Assembly: GCA_964016885.1 (NCBI GenBank)
Contig: OZ024742.1
Span: 94,922,001-94,986,000 of the forward strand
Direction of reading: 5' to 3'
From: Eledone cirrhosa
Lineage: Eukaryota
Length of the DNA stretch: 64,000 bases
This document shows, piece by piece, positions 1 through 12,930 of the stretch (positions are counted from its first letter, which is position 1; each line of letters begins with the position of its first letter). A model generated the notes under the pieces. That model did not search any database. It saw nothing but the letters and a program-made list of their open reading frames with translations, and was not told where the DNA came from. The position numbers and the translations under genes are program-made.

Positions 1-78
<78 letters not shown>
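1..78. repeat. (TA)n microsatellite
   Basis: Near-pure TA run; one of many in the window (e.g. 16183-16346, 28240-28302, 34399-34466, 50052-50119, 60605-60683). Confidence 0.95.
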
Positions 79-82
<4 letters not shown>

Positions 83-304
83 AAAAGAAATCGAAAATGC
101 AACTGGAGTCTTTTTAAGAATATTTATTTGTTTCCTTTACCGGTTTCACAGTTCTTATGCTTTTCAAAAGTAGAATTGAGATGGAGGGTTTGTGGTTTAT
201 ACACAACACTACCACCAGTTCTCTCTCTCTCTCTCTCTTCCATTTTCCTTCTTTATCTCCCTCACAACCACTATCTCCTTATATTTATGAAGCTACCTTA
301 TGAA

Positions 305-476
305 GGTATCTCCTGAACTTGTGATCCGATTTATGTGAAACTTGTTTTACTCCATTTGTATTCCAATTTCAAGGACAACTTCCTTTCAAAGTATTTTCTC
401 ATTATGCCCTGTTTTGGCTGTATTGAATTACAGACAAGCACACAATCACAGGGTTTTAGTATTATGCAGATAGATA
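305..476 (-). mobile_element. Possible non-autonomous Helitron-like relic
   Basis: Minus strand begins ATCTATCTGCATAATACTAAAACCCTGTGATTGTGTGCTTGTCTG and contains AAGTTTCACATAAATCGGATCACAAG, resembling 5' and internal motifs of Helitron-derived non-autonomous elements. No 3' hairpin/CTAG found. Confidence 0.25.
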
Positions 477-1059
477 TAAATACTTTTTTTTAGGTGATGT
501 TTGGAATATAATTTAATGGAGATTCTTACATTATGATGGAAGGTTTTTAGATAGATATAAAACATTTTTGTACTGTAGAACCAGGGGTACTTTCAGGTGG
601 TTTGGTATCAAAAGGTTTATGGACATTTTCCCTCCTGAAGCAGGATTTAACCTTCTTTGCCCCATGATAAGCTACATTTTCATTATAGGTTCCCATTTAT
701 TTTACTGCCAGATATAATTCCTCGTCTAAATGCTTTTAGTCACCTCTTAAATGTTGGGACAGTGTAACTATTCTAAACCTGATTCACACAGAGGGACATT
801 TTAAATTCATTGGTGCTCAAAATAATTACTTTATATGGTTCTGCCCTTTATGATGATAATATAATTCATAAAGATAAGGGTGGTGGATTTGCAGGATTGA
901 TAAAACAATGAACAAAATAGCTCACAATATATTGTTTTAGTGGTATAATTTATGAGTATATTTTAATTGGGGAGAGAAGGACATCAACCAAGGATCTATT
1001 TATTCCAATACCTGTGTGTTTAGATAAGTGGTACTAAATCGAAACCATTTAATGTTAGT

Positions 1060-1352
1060 CAGATTCTGCCAAAGGTACGTACTGTCACTTTTCCTGTTCA
1101 TTATTTTCATAGGGTTACCTTTGCCTTTCATCCTTACGGGGTCGATAAAATAAAGTACCAGTAATGCATTGGGTAATTGCTGGCCTTGTGCCTAAAGTAG
1201 AAACAATTATTTTCATAGGGTTACGGTCCTTGCCATTCTGAGTTCAAATCCTGCCGAGGTTAACTTTGCCTTTCATCCTTATGGGGTCGATAAAATAAAG
1301 TACCAGTAATACACTGGGTAATTACTGCCAAAAGTAGAAACAATTATTTTCA
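1060..1352 (+). mobile_element. Two tandem partial copies of SINE family M (tRNA-derived, Meta/MESC-like central domain)
   Basis: Both contain TTTGCCTTTCATCCTTAyGGGGTCGATAAAATAAAGTACCAG...AAGTAGAAACAATTATT; the second has the B-box GAGTTCAAATCC. Confidence 0.8.
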
Positions 1353-1499
1353 TGTATAGGATTGCCATGTGCAGCTGGGTTAAAATTAATATCACAACTT
1401 GCTGGAATTTGCAGATGATATGGTATTACTTAACTCGTCAGGTAATATTGATGAGGATGACGAGTATGATGAGGATATTGAAGATAATATATGATGATG

Positions 1500-1625
1500 G
1501 TGACCCAGGGGTAGACCACAAGCAAGATGGTTGGATAACATCCATGAGCTTGGCTGATCTCACTTGGTGATCCAGTGGAATCAATAGGAGACAATTGTTT
1601 CTGATAGGACCCTTTCCCCACAAGT
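1500..1625 (+). pseudogene. RTE-type LINE ORF2 C-terminal relic
   Basis: Translates to PRGRPQARWLDNIHEL, the RGRP..RW motif of RTE ORF2 ends; similar to 22190-22330. Confidence 0.55.
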
Positions 1626-2299
1626 TATGTATCATAAAACCAGTACTGGTTTCAGATTGAACATGTAATGTTTGCATGCAGCAGTATGATAATTACTTTT
1701 TTTTATATGATATTGAACTATGAAGAGCTATGTTGTATGATATTCAAATCTTTCTCTGTAGCATTAAAAGTATTATGAGAGGAGGTTAAAAGAGATATAG
1801 AGGAAGAATTGCCCCCGTTACTAAACTGGCAATTTTTTATCAACCTCAAATGGATGAAATTTAACCTTCGTGGGTTTTGAACTCGGAGTGCAGAAAGGCA
1901 GAATAAATACCTCAAAGCAGTTTATTCAAAGTTCTGAGAATTGAAACCACCCCATGGGTTTAGTTTGTTTAAAATTCCCCTCATACTTTGTTGTATAACA
2001 AGTAATAAAAATGATATCAATAATAACAGTATTATCAATAACAATAGTAATAAAAATAGTAATAATAACAAATAGAACATCATTTTTTTAAAAGTATTTA
2101 AAAGTTTCTAAACTGAAATAAACATTCCAGGGAAGAAACACTCATACATACATGTATACAAATATTCAGTAATGTATTCACGTAAACATATGCACACTCT
2201 CTCTCACACAAGTATCAAAACAAAAACAAATGAGGTAAAAAAAACATGTTTTAATAAGAAAATCCGAATTTACTTCCTGTTTTTCCATTTTCAATATCA

Positions 2300-3600
2300 G
2301 ATGTCAATGAGAAAGTCAATTTTTCTTCATAAAAATGGTATGAAAGAAAAAATAAAGGAGATAAAGGACAGAAGAAACACGAAGGTGGTGGTGGTGTGCC
2401 AAAAAAAAAATTAATAAATCTTGGGAGAAGAATGTATAGAAAGAAAGAAAATAAATAGAATGGAAGCAGAAATGAAAATATAGAAAGTTAGACAGACCTG
2501 CACACAAAGAAAAAGAAAATGAGATGGTAGGTAAAGAGGATAGGGTAAGGTTAAGGAGTTAGGGGAATAGACAGAAGGATGGAGATAAAAAATGAAGGGT
2601 GTAAAGAAGAATAGCAAAAACATGAGAGAGAGAGAGATGGGAAAGAGAAAATACAGAAAAAATTATATAAATATTGAATTATGATCTCAGTCTCTTGTTT
2701 TTCTTAATCTATGACAAGAATGAGGATGAGTTTGATGAGGATATTGATGATGAGGATATTGATGATGATGATATGTGATGATGGTGACAGAGATAATGGT
2801 GATGGTGGTATCATGATGGTATGGTGATGATGATGATAATGTTAAGGATTTTGATGATGATGGTGGTGGTTAGTTAGATTCATAGCAAAATAGCATAACT
2901 AATAGATAAAATATTAGAAGAAAGATAAATTATAGAAGTTAAGAAGATAAAAAAATGAAAAAAAATATTGTTAAAGTTAAAAAAGAACAGAAGATAGACA
3001 GAATAAGATATAGGAGGAGAAGAACAAATATGGAGAGAGAGATAGAGAGACAGAGAAAGGATAGAACAGATTACAGAGAGAGAGAGAGAGATCAACTAAC
3101 AGGAGGGTAAGGGAGAGGGAGATAGAGATATTGGAGAAAAGGAAATAGAAATAGAGAAGAGATACAGAGAGGAAAACATCAAACAGGGAGAGAGGAGGGA
3201 GGGAGAGAAGTTGAGAGAGATAACTAGAGATAGGTGGCAGAGAGAGGGAAGAGAAACAGTTAGGGAGTGGGAGAGAAAAGAGGAGAGAATAGGAAAGAAG
3301 AGAATTAGAAATAGAGAGGGAACAGGAGTTGGCGAAATAAATAGAGAAAAGAAGGTAGGTGAAGAAAGAGGAAGAAAACTAAAGATAGATTGATTGAGAG
3401 AGAACATGATATAAAGAGAGAAATCATGAGACTGAGAAAAAGAGAGAAAGAGGTAAAAAGATAGGGAGAAAGAGATACAACATGATATAAAGAGTAACAT
3501 AAGATGAGGTGAGAGAACAGGATATTGATAGAGAAGAGAAAGAAAAAGCTGGAGGGGAGGAATGAAAGAATGGTACTATAAAGAAAGAGTTAAGAAACTA
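2300..3600. repeat. GA-rich/(GAT)n low-complexity tract
   Basis: Long purine-rich stretch with GA and GAT runs. Confidence 0.8.
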
Positions 3601-3994
3601 AGAATCTTCTGCAGAAGTTAGAATCTGAAAAAAAAAATGAATAAAATTAAAATAAGAGATAAAATATAAGGAACACACACACTCAGACACACACTCACAC
3701 ACACACTCTCACTCACTCACTCACTCACACACTCACTCTCACACTCACAGTCACACATACTCACACACACACACATAAAATAAAAATTCCACCAAAACCC
3801 TTCCAGGAAAGACTTGACAAATATTGATTATTGGTGAAACATTTTGAAATATAAAACCTGAAATCCAGTAAAATAATTAAAAAATATATATATATACTCA
3901 TCAGAAAATAAAATGTAAATAAATGTAAAATAAAAAAATTCTAAATTTGCAAACATAAAGGTGTGTGTGTATTGAAATAACTATGTATGTATGC

Positions 3995-4398
3995 ACGCAC
4001 ACACACACACACACACACATATACATACACATATACACATACATACATACATACACACATATACACATACATATACACATACATACATACATACACACAT
4101 ACATACATACATACACACACATATATACAGACACACACACACATATATACAGACACACACATACATACACAGACACACACCCGCATACTCACACACAAAC
4201 ACACACACACATTATATGGGTGGAAGGAAAATAAATTGTTTTATAATTAATTTCTTCATTCTATATTAAAAGTTTTACTTTATGTTCTTTTTATAAGTTG
4301 TTTTTATTTCATTTTTAGTTGATTATGTTTATATTTTTGATAAAATAATTTCTGTTAAACACATATATATATACACAATATGCATACACATGCATACA

Positions 4399-4431
<33 letters not shown>

Positions 4432-4968
4432 GTATATTTGTGTGTGTATATATGTATATTTGTGTGTGTATATATATATATATATATATTATATATGTAT
4501 ATATATTTTATATATATTGTATATGTGTATATATTTATATATATTGTATATGTGTATATATTTATATATATTGTATATGTGTATATATATTGTATATGTA
4601 TATATATATTTATATATATTGTATATGTGTATATATTTATATATATTGTATATGTGTATATATATTGTATATGTATATATATTTATATATATTGTATATG
4701 TGTATATATTTATATATATTGTATACGTGTATATATTTATATATATTGTATATGTGTATATATATTGTATATGTATATATATTTATATATATTGTATATG
4801 TGTATATATTTATATATATTGTATATGTGTATATATATTGTATATGTATATATATATTTATATATATTGTATATGTATATATGTATATGTATATATGTAT
4901 ATATATTTATATAAATTGTATATATGTATATATGTATATATATATATGTATATATTGTATATATGTAT
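3995..4968. repeat. (CA)/(CATA) and compound TA/TG microsatellite arrays
   Basis: CA/CATA runs at 3995-4210; a ~24-26 bp higher-order unit TATATTTATATATATTGTATATGTG repeats from about 4490. Confidence 0.9.
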
Positions 4969-5214
4969 ATCATCATCATCATCATCATTTCATTTTACGT
5001 CCGCTTTTTCCTTGCTTGCAAGGGTGGGACGGGAACTAATTCTGGCTTGATTTCTACAGCTGGATGCCCTTCCCAACAGCAACCTCATTTACAGTGAGTG
5101 CTGGGTGCTTTTTTGCCGTGGCACCTCCACGGCCACTTTGCAGGGGAATGATATGGACCCCCTGTCCCTATCATCTCATTTCTACAGCTGAGTAAACTGG
5201 AGCAATGTGAAATA
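4969..5214 (-). mobile_element. CORE-like SINE (family C), 5'-truncated
   Basis: Reverse complement of the 54493-54828 body and tail; (GAT)n tail at 4969-4988. Confidence 0.85.
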
Positions 5215-5753
5215 ATATATATATTGTATATATTTATATATATTGTATATATGTATATATTTATATATATTGTATATATTTATATATATTGTATATATGT
5301 ATATATTTATATATATTGTATAGATTTATATATATTGTATATATGTATATATTTATATATATTGTATATATGGATATATTTATATATATGGATATATTTA
5401 TATATATTGTATATATATATATATTGTATATATGTATATATTTATATATATTGTATATATTTATATATATTGTATATATGTATATATTTATATATATTGT
5501 ATAAATGTATATATATTGTATATGTGTATATATTTATATATATTGTATATGTGTATATATTTATATATATTGTATGTGTATATATGTATATGTATATATA
5601 TATGTATATATGTATATATTTATTTATATTGTATCTATGTATATATTTATATATATTGTATATATGTATATATTTATATATATTGTATATATGCATATAT
5701 TTATATATATTGTATATATGTATATATTTATATATAATGTATATGTGTATATG

Positions 5754-5788
<35 letters not shown>

Positions 5789-5913
5789 TTATATATATAT
5801 ATGTGTATATGTATATATGTATATGTATATATGTATATATATATATATGTATATGTATATATGTATATGTATATATGTATATATGTATATGTATGTATGT
5901 ATATATATATATA
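5215..5913. repeat. Compound TA/TG microsatellite array
   Basis: Same higher-order unit as 4490-4968. Confidence 0.9.
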
Positions 5914-6250
5914 TCATCATCATCATCATTGTTTAATGGTCTATCTTCCACGCTAGCATAGGTTTAGACGGGAATTCTCCCATGTGAGGCAAGATTGGTC
6001 GTCTTGCTCGTATGGGATTGTCTGGCAGGTTTTCTATGGCGTGATGCCCTTCCTAACACCAACCACATTTACAGTGTGGATTGGGAGGTTTTTACCGTGT
6101 TACCTACATGGCCACATTACAGCGTGGACTGTGTATTTTTTTGTCATGACACCTACACGTCATTTATTTAGGACTGGATGTTGTAGCACCAACATAACTT
6201 TACAGATAAAGGGGTGTGTTGATGGGGGTATGGGATGGGGGTGTATAAGT
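5914..6250 (-). mobile_element. RTE LINE 3' UTR fragment
   Basis: Colinear with 25950-26280, the 3' UTR of the RT-bearing RTE copy, including the (CAT)n tail. Confidence 0.85.
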
Positions 6251-7889
6251 TTTGGATTTCGTTTGATGGGTGGAAGGGATGGGTTATTTTTAACATGCTT
6301 AAACAATTGGCACTCTTTATATTCTACAATTTATCCTTTTGACAATTGAACTATAGTGGAATAAGTAATATACTTATAAATAAATAGGAGTGGGCATCAA
6401 GTTGAGCATCTAACTACAGAACACTTGTTCAAAATATTTCAAACAACACATGCTTGCAGAGAATAGCTGACATAAATGCAATAATGATGATGATGATTCA
6501 AAACTGATGATCCACTGCAAAAGAGTGAATTATCAGCTTCAAGTATACACACTTATATATATATATATATGTGTGTATATATTATATGTATATACAATGC
6601 ATAGGCTACACATGTGTAGATATTTCGTTGGCTTAAGGCAGTTATCTAGAGGGTATTTTGTGGTACGGTGTGATATAAATATGAAGCCTAAACATTGTTA
6701 CAAACATTTAAAATACAATAAAGAAACATATATTAATACACAAACACATACAGTGGAAAACTGGTTCATATTGTATAAAGTATATACATACACTAATAAA
6801 CACAACCATAAGGAGGTGAATAGACAGTTCTATAAACATAGGAATATAGTAAACACATTCAGTTATAGATATATATGTAACTACATACACATAGACTGAC
6901 ACATACACAATTACATAACAAATATAATAAAACTGTCATATCAAACTTTATCAGTTGTACACACACACACACACACATCTTATATAACACTATCTCACAC
7001 ATTATGTACACACTGATAAACATATACATGCAAACACAAAGACACACACATTTAGAGATATACATACATAGACAAATTCAAACACCAACATGCATACACA
7101 CAATCACATCCAAACTTAAATATACACATACAGACATACACACATTGAAATATGTAAACATAAATACAAACAGAGCTTAATTACTGACACATACAAAACA
7201 ATCCATATATAGTAACATGCAAATACAAATACACCCTTATATACATACACATGTACACACAATTATACATCCATAGACAGCTACAAACACAACATACATT
7301 CAATCACATTTACATATAAACAAAATATAATATGAAACAAACCCCCCACACAAATCTGGCCAGTATATTTAGTGTTATTTTAAGAATAAAATATTCAATA
7401 TTAGATTTTTCACTCCCTTTTTTGTATAAAATTATTTATTTATTCATTAATTTTTTTTTGTTGTGGATACGGATATTATTGTAATTTTTAATGTACCTGT
7501 CATGGCAGTTGTAAACATACCTAAAACGGAAATATTGAGGAAAATAATCTCTGGAATAAATGAACAACAATAACATGTAAAAAACAAAACAAGCCAAGCA
7601 ATATTTCATCTACTCCCCCACCTTTACAGCTAAGAATTTAAACTTAGTAAAGTTAACAAAAAGGAAGTACATGTACAATAAAAATGAAGATATAATTAAT
7701 TTTATGAAAAAGCAATAGACAGAGAAAATAGTACAGGAACAACATAATGTGTTCAACTAACAGGATAAGTTGAAGATAATTCTTTTGGCTTGTTCTATGC
7801 TGCCATGTCCAAAAGAAGCTCCTATTTCCACACACACAAACATAAAAAAGAGAAACAAAACAAAACAAAAATAATAAACAGGAGGAAAT

Positions 7890-7926
<37 letters not shown>

Positions 7927-8122
7927 ATACTTGGGGAGGGTCATATTTGTGTAATATTGCCAGAATTAATAACAGAACACACTCACTGTTTGGTTGGTTT
8001 TCGCTTCTCGCTGTCTTTTATATCAGTAATCTAACTTACTCGGTCCTCAATGTTGCCATTGACTGACCGACGGTCAAAAATAATACAGATACAATATAGA
8101 CACAAACACATATATATAGTTT

Positions 8123-8164
8123 ATCATAAATCTTTCGTTGCACATCTGCAACATCATCAGTGGT
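8123..8164 (-). ncRNA. Minimal type I hammerhead ribozyme motif (PLE-A, inverted arm)
   Basis: Minus strand: ACCA-CTGATGA-t-GTTGCA-gatg-TGCAAC-GAAA-gatt-TA-tgat. Confidence 0.75.
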
Positions 8165-8740
8165 GTTATATTTTCCTCCTGTTGTGTTGTATGTCTACGC
8201 CATTTTTATTCAGTCTGTCTATATATTTATTTATTTATTTGCGTGTTTGTTTATTTTATTTCGTCTTCTTTGCGCATGCGTTTGCGTGTGTGTATAGTGT
8301 TATGTTTGCTGTGTGATGGGTGACTAGTGTGTGTTTATGTGCTTGTTGTTATTGTGCTTGTGTATGTATTTATTTATTTATTTATCTTATTTTATTTACT
8401 TATTTATACTTCTCTTAGGTCAGTGTTGTTTGTTTGGGTGTTGTTGTTATTCCATTCATTCTTTCCGTTTAGCTTTGGTCTTCTAATTTCTATTTCACTG
8501 GCCTCCCTGATTTGCCTATCTGCTGGGTCATTTCTATGTTTAGATATTATTCTAATTTGCATAAGATGTACAGAGGGTACTTGCAGAAACATGACAACAA
8601 CATACATAGGTGAGACAGGTGAAAGGATAGACCAACACTGGGGGGAACTAAAAGGACGAAAAAACGGGACAGTACTATACGAACATGCTAGACAACAACA
8701 TTACGGTAACATAGACAACATAACAGGAGGAAAATATAAC

Positions 8741-8782
8741 ACCACTGACGATGTTGCATATGTGCAACGAAAGATTTATGAT
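8741..8782 (+). ncRNA. Minimal type I hammerhead ribozyme motif (PLE-A)
   Basis: ACCA-CTGACGA-t-GTTGCA-tatg-TGCAAC-GAAA-gatt-TA-tgat; stem I imperfect. Confidence 0.75.
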
Positions 8783-9025
8783 AAACTATATATATGTGTT
8801 TGTGTCTATATTGTATCTGTATTATTTTTGACCGTCGGTCAGTCAATGGCAACATTGAGGACCGAGTAAGTTAGATTATCGATATAAAAGACAGCGAGAA
8901 GCGAAAACCAACCAAACAGTGAGTGCGTCTGTTATTAATTCTGGCAATATTACACAAATATGACCCTCCCCAAGTATAACAATATTTGTTTCGACACACG
9001 ATTTCATATAAGAAACCTTGCAAAA

Positions 9026-9063
<38 letters not shown>

Positions 9064-9169
9064 TCATCATCATCCTCATCATTTAACATTAATTTTCCAA
9101 TGTTAACATGGGTATATATATATATCATTTCATTTTCATATATATATATATATATAGGAACCAGTAAGA

Positions 9170-9261
9170 CCCCGACGGCTGAGCTCAAGCCATTTCGACG
9201 GCTAATTCTGGACTAAATGAACATTTATCCTGGTATTTAAATAGCCGATCTTCTCAAGGGG
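9170..9261 (-). ncRNA. Type I hammerhead, U3-A8 core variant
   Basis: Minus strand: CCCC-TTGAGAA-GATCGGCTA..loop..TAGCCGTC-GAAA-TGGCT-tgagctc-AGCC-GTC-GGGG. Confidence 0.75.
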
Positions 9262-11150
9262 TAATTCCATATATGGTCAAAGTGATTGTCAAAAGTCAGT
9301 AGTAATTCTGTGATTGCAAATTAGTAGGGGAGATGGTGGCTAAACCTGCCAGTAGGAGAAAGAGGGGAGGAGTTGGAGTAGACCCAATCAAGCGTTGAAG
9401 TGCCAGCTACAGCTGGGCATGAGGTCAAAGAAGATACTGGGGAGGGGGAGGGGGAGGAGGAGGAAGTCGGAACGGTAGGTAGAACAATGAGGGGTAAAAA
9501 TATATATGAAAGAAAAAATACTGAGAGTGAAGAAAAGCGAATAAGTGTAAAGAAAAAAGTAAAGCAAGTTCTACGACCTAAGTCTCTAGCTATTGTTAGG
9601 CTAGATAAATAAATAAATAAAGAAAGAAAGAAGTAAAGAAAGAAATAAAGAAATAACGAAATAAGTAAACTAGGTGGGACGGAATAGGCAAGGACCCTTT
9701 TAAGAGGTATAAATACGTAAATCATACGGTGACGGGTCAACAAATGGGGCCAAAATACTAAAGAGACTACCACGGAATAAATAATAAAGGTTTCTATCCC
9801 GGGCACAATGCCAGCAACCACCCAGTGCAGCAAAGTAAACTAGTACGAGATAATAGTTCTGAGTCCCGAAAAAAATATATACTAATGCTAACTCTAAAAG
9901 ATCTTAAACAAGCTACATGAAAGTTCGTACGAAGTAAAGGTACAATACGGAAAAATAAATTCAGAATCCACCCCGCCCAAAAGAAAAGCGAAGAAAGAAA
10001 TACTGAAACGAGAAAATAGGGCATAAGTGCCACTAAGAAATATAGAAGGCACGGAAAATAGTGGGAGCGGTCGGAAAAAGGGGGCAAGTATCCGGGGTCT
10101 AAACCAACTGCTATAAAAAGCGGAGTCCGCCAAATCTATCATAGACTAGGGGAGGGGGTAGGGGTACTAAGGCTACAAGGGGCCAAAGGGCAGCCTCGGG
10201 TGGGCGAGAAAAGACGCCGACAAAGAAGAAGAGCTGGGGTAGAAGGACTAAAGAGGGATGGGGGGAAGGAAATAAAGGAAGCGATAAAAGAATAAAAAGA
10301 AGATCTTACGTCTCCCTTGGTAAGCAGGGGTTACCCATTGCAAAATCGGCAATGTGATCGTAATGTGATCTACCAGTGCAACGTGAGGACGGATACCTCC
10401 AACTAAGCCTATATAGGACTTACCGCATGTGACTTCAAGACCCGGCTATACCAACATAGACATACCTTCCGAAACCCGCCCCGGCGTCACGCTACTACAC
10501 TTTCGGGCCACATATGGGACCTCAAGGACAACAATATCACCTATGATCTCACTTGGAGATTACTGTCCAGAGCCAATTCTTACACGGGAGGACGCCGTCC
10601 GTGCAATTTATGCTCGGGGGAAACTTTACAAATGCTGTTTTCGACGGACCAACTCCTAAACAAGAAAGATGAACTGGTTACTGCATGTAAACATAGATTG
10701 CGTAGGACTTACCTCGCCCTCAAACCCCATAATGACCCGGGGGGGTAGACTAGGGCTATAACACCCCACTTGCCGATTTTGCAATGGGTAACCCCTGCTT
10801 GCCAAGGGAGACGTAATATCTTCTTTTTATTCTTTTATCGCTTCCTTTATTTCCTTCCCCCCATCCCTCTTTAGTCCCGCTTTTCTTCACTCTCAGTATT
10901 TTTTCTTTCATATATATTTTTACCCCTCATTGTTCTACCTACCGTTCCGACTTCCTCCCCCTCCCCCTCCCCAGTATCTTCTTTGACCTCATGCCCAGCT
11001 GTAGCTGGCACTACCAACGCTTGATTGGGTCTACTCCACCTCCTCCCCTCTTTCTCCTACTGGCAGGTTTAGCCACCATCTCCCCTACTAATTTGCAATC
11101 ACAGAATTACTACTGACTTTTGACAATCACTTTGGCCATATATGGAATTA

Positions 11151-11242
11151 CCCCTTGAGAAGATCGGCTATTTAAATACCAGGATAAATGTTCATTTAGT
11201 CCAGAATTAGCCGTCGAAATGGCTTGAGCTCAGCCGTCGGTG
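11151..11242 (+). ncRNA. Type I hammerhead, U3-A8 core variant
   Basis: Same motif as 9170-9261 with one stem I mismatch (GGTG). Confidence 0.72.
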
Positions 11243-11434
11243 TCTTACTGGTTCCTATTACCCACTCTACTACCCCAAGTATTGAGTACTTTGGTGCGTT
11301 ATAGTCCACCTGGTTCCTTACCACATTTCCTTCGTTATATATATATATATATATATATAGAGGTATATATATATATACACGCGCACACACCCATGTAGCC
11401 TTGAAAAATGGATGTTAAATGATGATATATATGT

Positions 11435-11570
11435 AGTTGCCTGTGCAGTTAAGAAGTTTGCTTCACAATCACATGATATCTCATTCAGTCCTACTGTGTG
11501 GCACCTTGGGCAAGTGGCTCCTGTTATAGCCTTGGGTCAACTAATGCCTTGTGAGTTAAATTGAGTTGAG
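11435..11570 (+). mobile_element. Old tRNA-derived SINE (third family)
   Basis: TAAGAAGTTTGCTT..TTCAGTCC.ACTGTGTGGCACCTTGGGCAAGTG..TATAGCC; related diverged copies at about 20320-20435(-), 34755-34860(-), 42400-42555(-), 55315-55480(+). Confidence 0.65.
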
Positions 11571-12061
11571 GAAAATGTTTTGTCATTTTATATAACTATA
11601 TCATCATTTTATTCTAGTTTCTGTGCATGTATCAGTTGAGCAAATTGACTCGTTACAAGACTAGAAAAGCTGGAAGACCATGTCTTGCTTAAACAGTTTT
11701 ACAAAATTATATTTTAACGTGGTTTCTACAGCTAGATGCCCTTCCTAATCCCAATAACCATAGAATATTCTGTAAACTGGTAGTGTTGGTGGCATAAAAT
11801 GTACTCAGTACATTATGTAAAGTGTTAGTGATGCTGTCACAATAGATTACTCCCACTACACTCTATAAACACTCTATAAAGTGGTAGTGCTTGTGCCATG
11901 ACAAGAGGTAAAGTGGTTGGCATAGGAAGAGCATCCTTATATATGAACTGTGCTGGGAGTGAAATGTATGAGCATCTTGTCTCAGATCGTGACAACCAGA
12001 CAACCCATATCCACATGGGAAACAACGTATAATAATGATGATAACTAACATAATGCCTATA

Positions 12062-12930
12062 CAGTTGAGTCCGCTTACACATTCCTCAGGAATGGAAAAT
12101 AGTATACTCTTAACCAGACTATACTCTTATCCGGACTAAGTAAAAATATTCCATAGTATTATTATTTTGAGTCTTTCAATGATTAAAAATCGCTTTATTA
12201 TCATTTAAAATGAATTTATAAGTTAAAAAAAATGAAAGTTACAACAAAAAATTCAACAAGAATTATTGCAAATTATAGATAAATTAAGCAATATTTCAAC
12301 ATATTGGTATGCAATTTTTATTTCCTAAAAATAGTCCAAAATGCTTTTTTGCGCTTGATTGCTTGCAATTTTATTTTTAGATCAATTCCTCGATCTCAGA
12401 CAGAGTATAATTTTCAAAATTTTCAAACGATTGCATCATATAGGACCGTACAGTCAACAAAGCATTTATTCCTTCTTTTCCAGAGATCTAAAATATTGAT
12501 AAATGGTTAAAGTTATGTTAGGTACCTATGCACATTCATATTATAAATATAAAAATAATACATACTAACCTTTCTAGTTAATGCAGTTTGTGACTTGGCG
12601 GATTTCAATTCATCCAAAATAGCAATTATTTGAGTAATGGATAAAGCAGAGCGTTTCAAAGAAATTTTTATGACACAATGAATTATTATTTTTGTATTTG
12701 CATATATTAAACTTTAAATTGCTTTTAGAATGGTTGTATAAATGACATCATCGCATTTCATTTTGTTTTAAAATGATTATCTTACATTATAAGCCCAATT
12801 TACTTTACCGTATTCATTATACTCTTATTCGGACTAAATTATATAGAAAATATATAAACGGCAATTGATTATGCTATACTCTTATACGAACTATACTCTT
12901 ATCCAATATACTCTTAAGCGGACTCGACTG
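12062..12930 (-). mobile_element. Internally deleted pogo/Tigger-type DNA transposon
   Basis: TIRs CAGTyGAGTCCGCTTA and TAAGCGGACTCGACTG with TA on both sides; subterminal TATACTCTTA repeats. Minus-strand peptides: SLKRSALSITQIIAILDELKSAKSQTALTRK (CENP-B-N/psq-like HTH) and C-terminal QKSILDYF. Confidence 0.85.

Larger units (their letters stand above)
7919..9030 (+). mobile_element. Penelope-like element family A, 5'-truncated with inverted 5' arm
   Basis: GIY-YIG fragment CIRCTEGTC..YIGETGERIDQH..LYEHARQQH (8559-8720, +). Endonuclease C-terminus DRQIREASEIEIRRPKLN on the minus strand (8404-8555). 7919-8190 is the inverted copy of 8715-8985. Flanked by (TA)n. Confidence 0.85.
9154..11336 (+). 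mobile_element. Penelope-like element family B (Naiad-like), truncated, with 1.2-kb inverted arm
   Basis: 10359-10730 is homologous to the GIY-YIG region at 37656-38020 (NVIYQCNV..AYIGLT..DFKTRLYQH..CNLC..LLNKKDELVTACKH). 9154-10352 is an inverted 3' UTR copy. Flanked by (TA)n. Confidence 0.85.

Noticed and set aside
3901-5961. Long ORFs rich in Y/I/C/V/H/T (also near 28000, 43300, 44100 and 52000)
   Set aside because: Translations of TA/CA/TG microsatellites, not genes.
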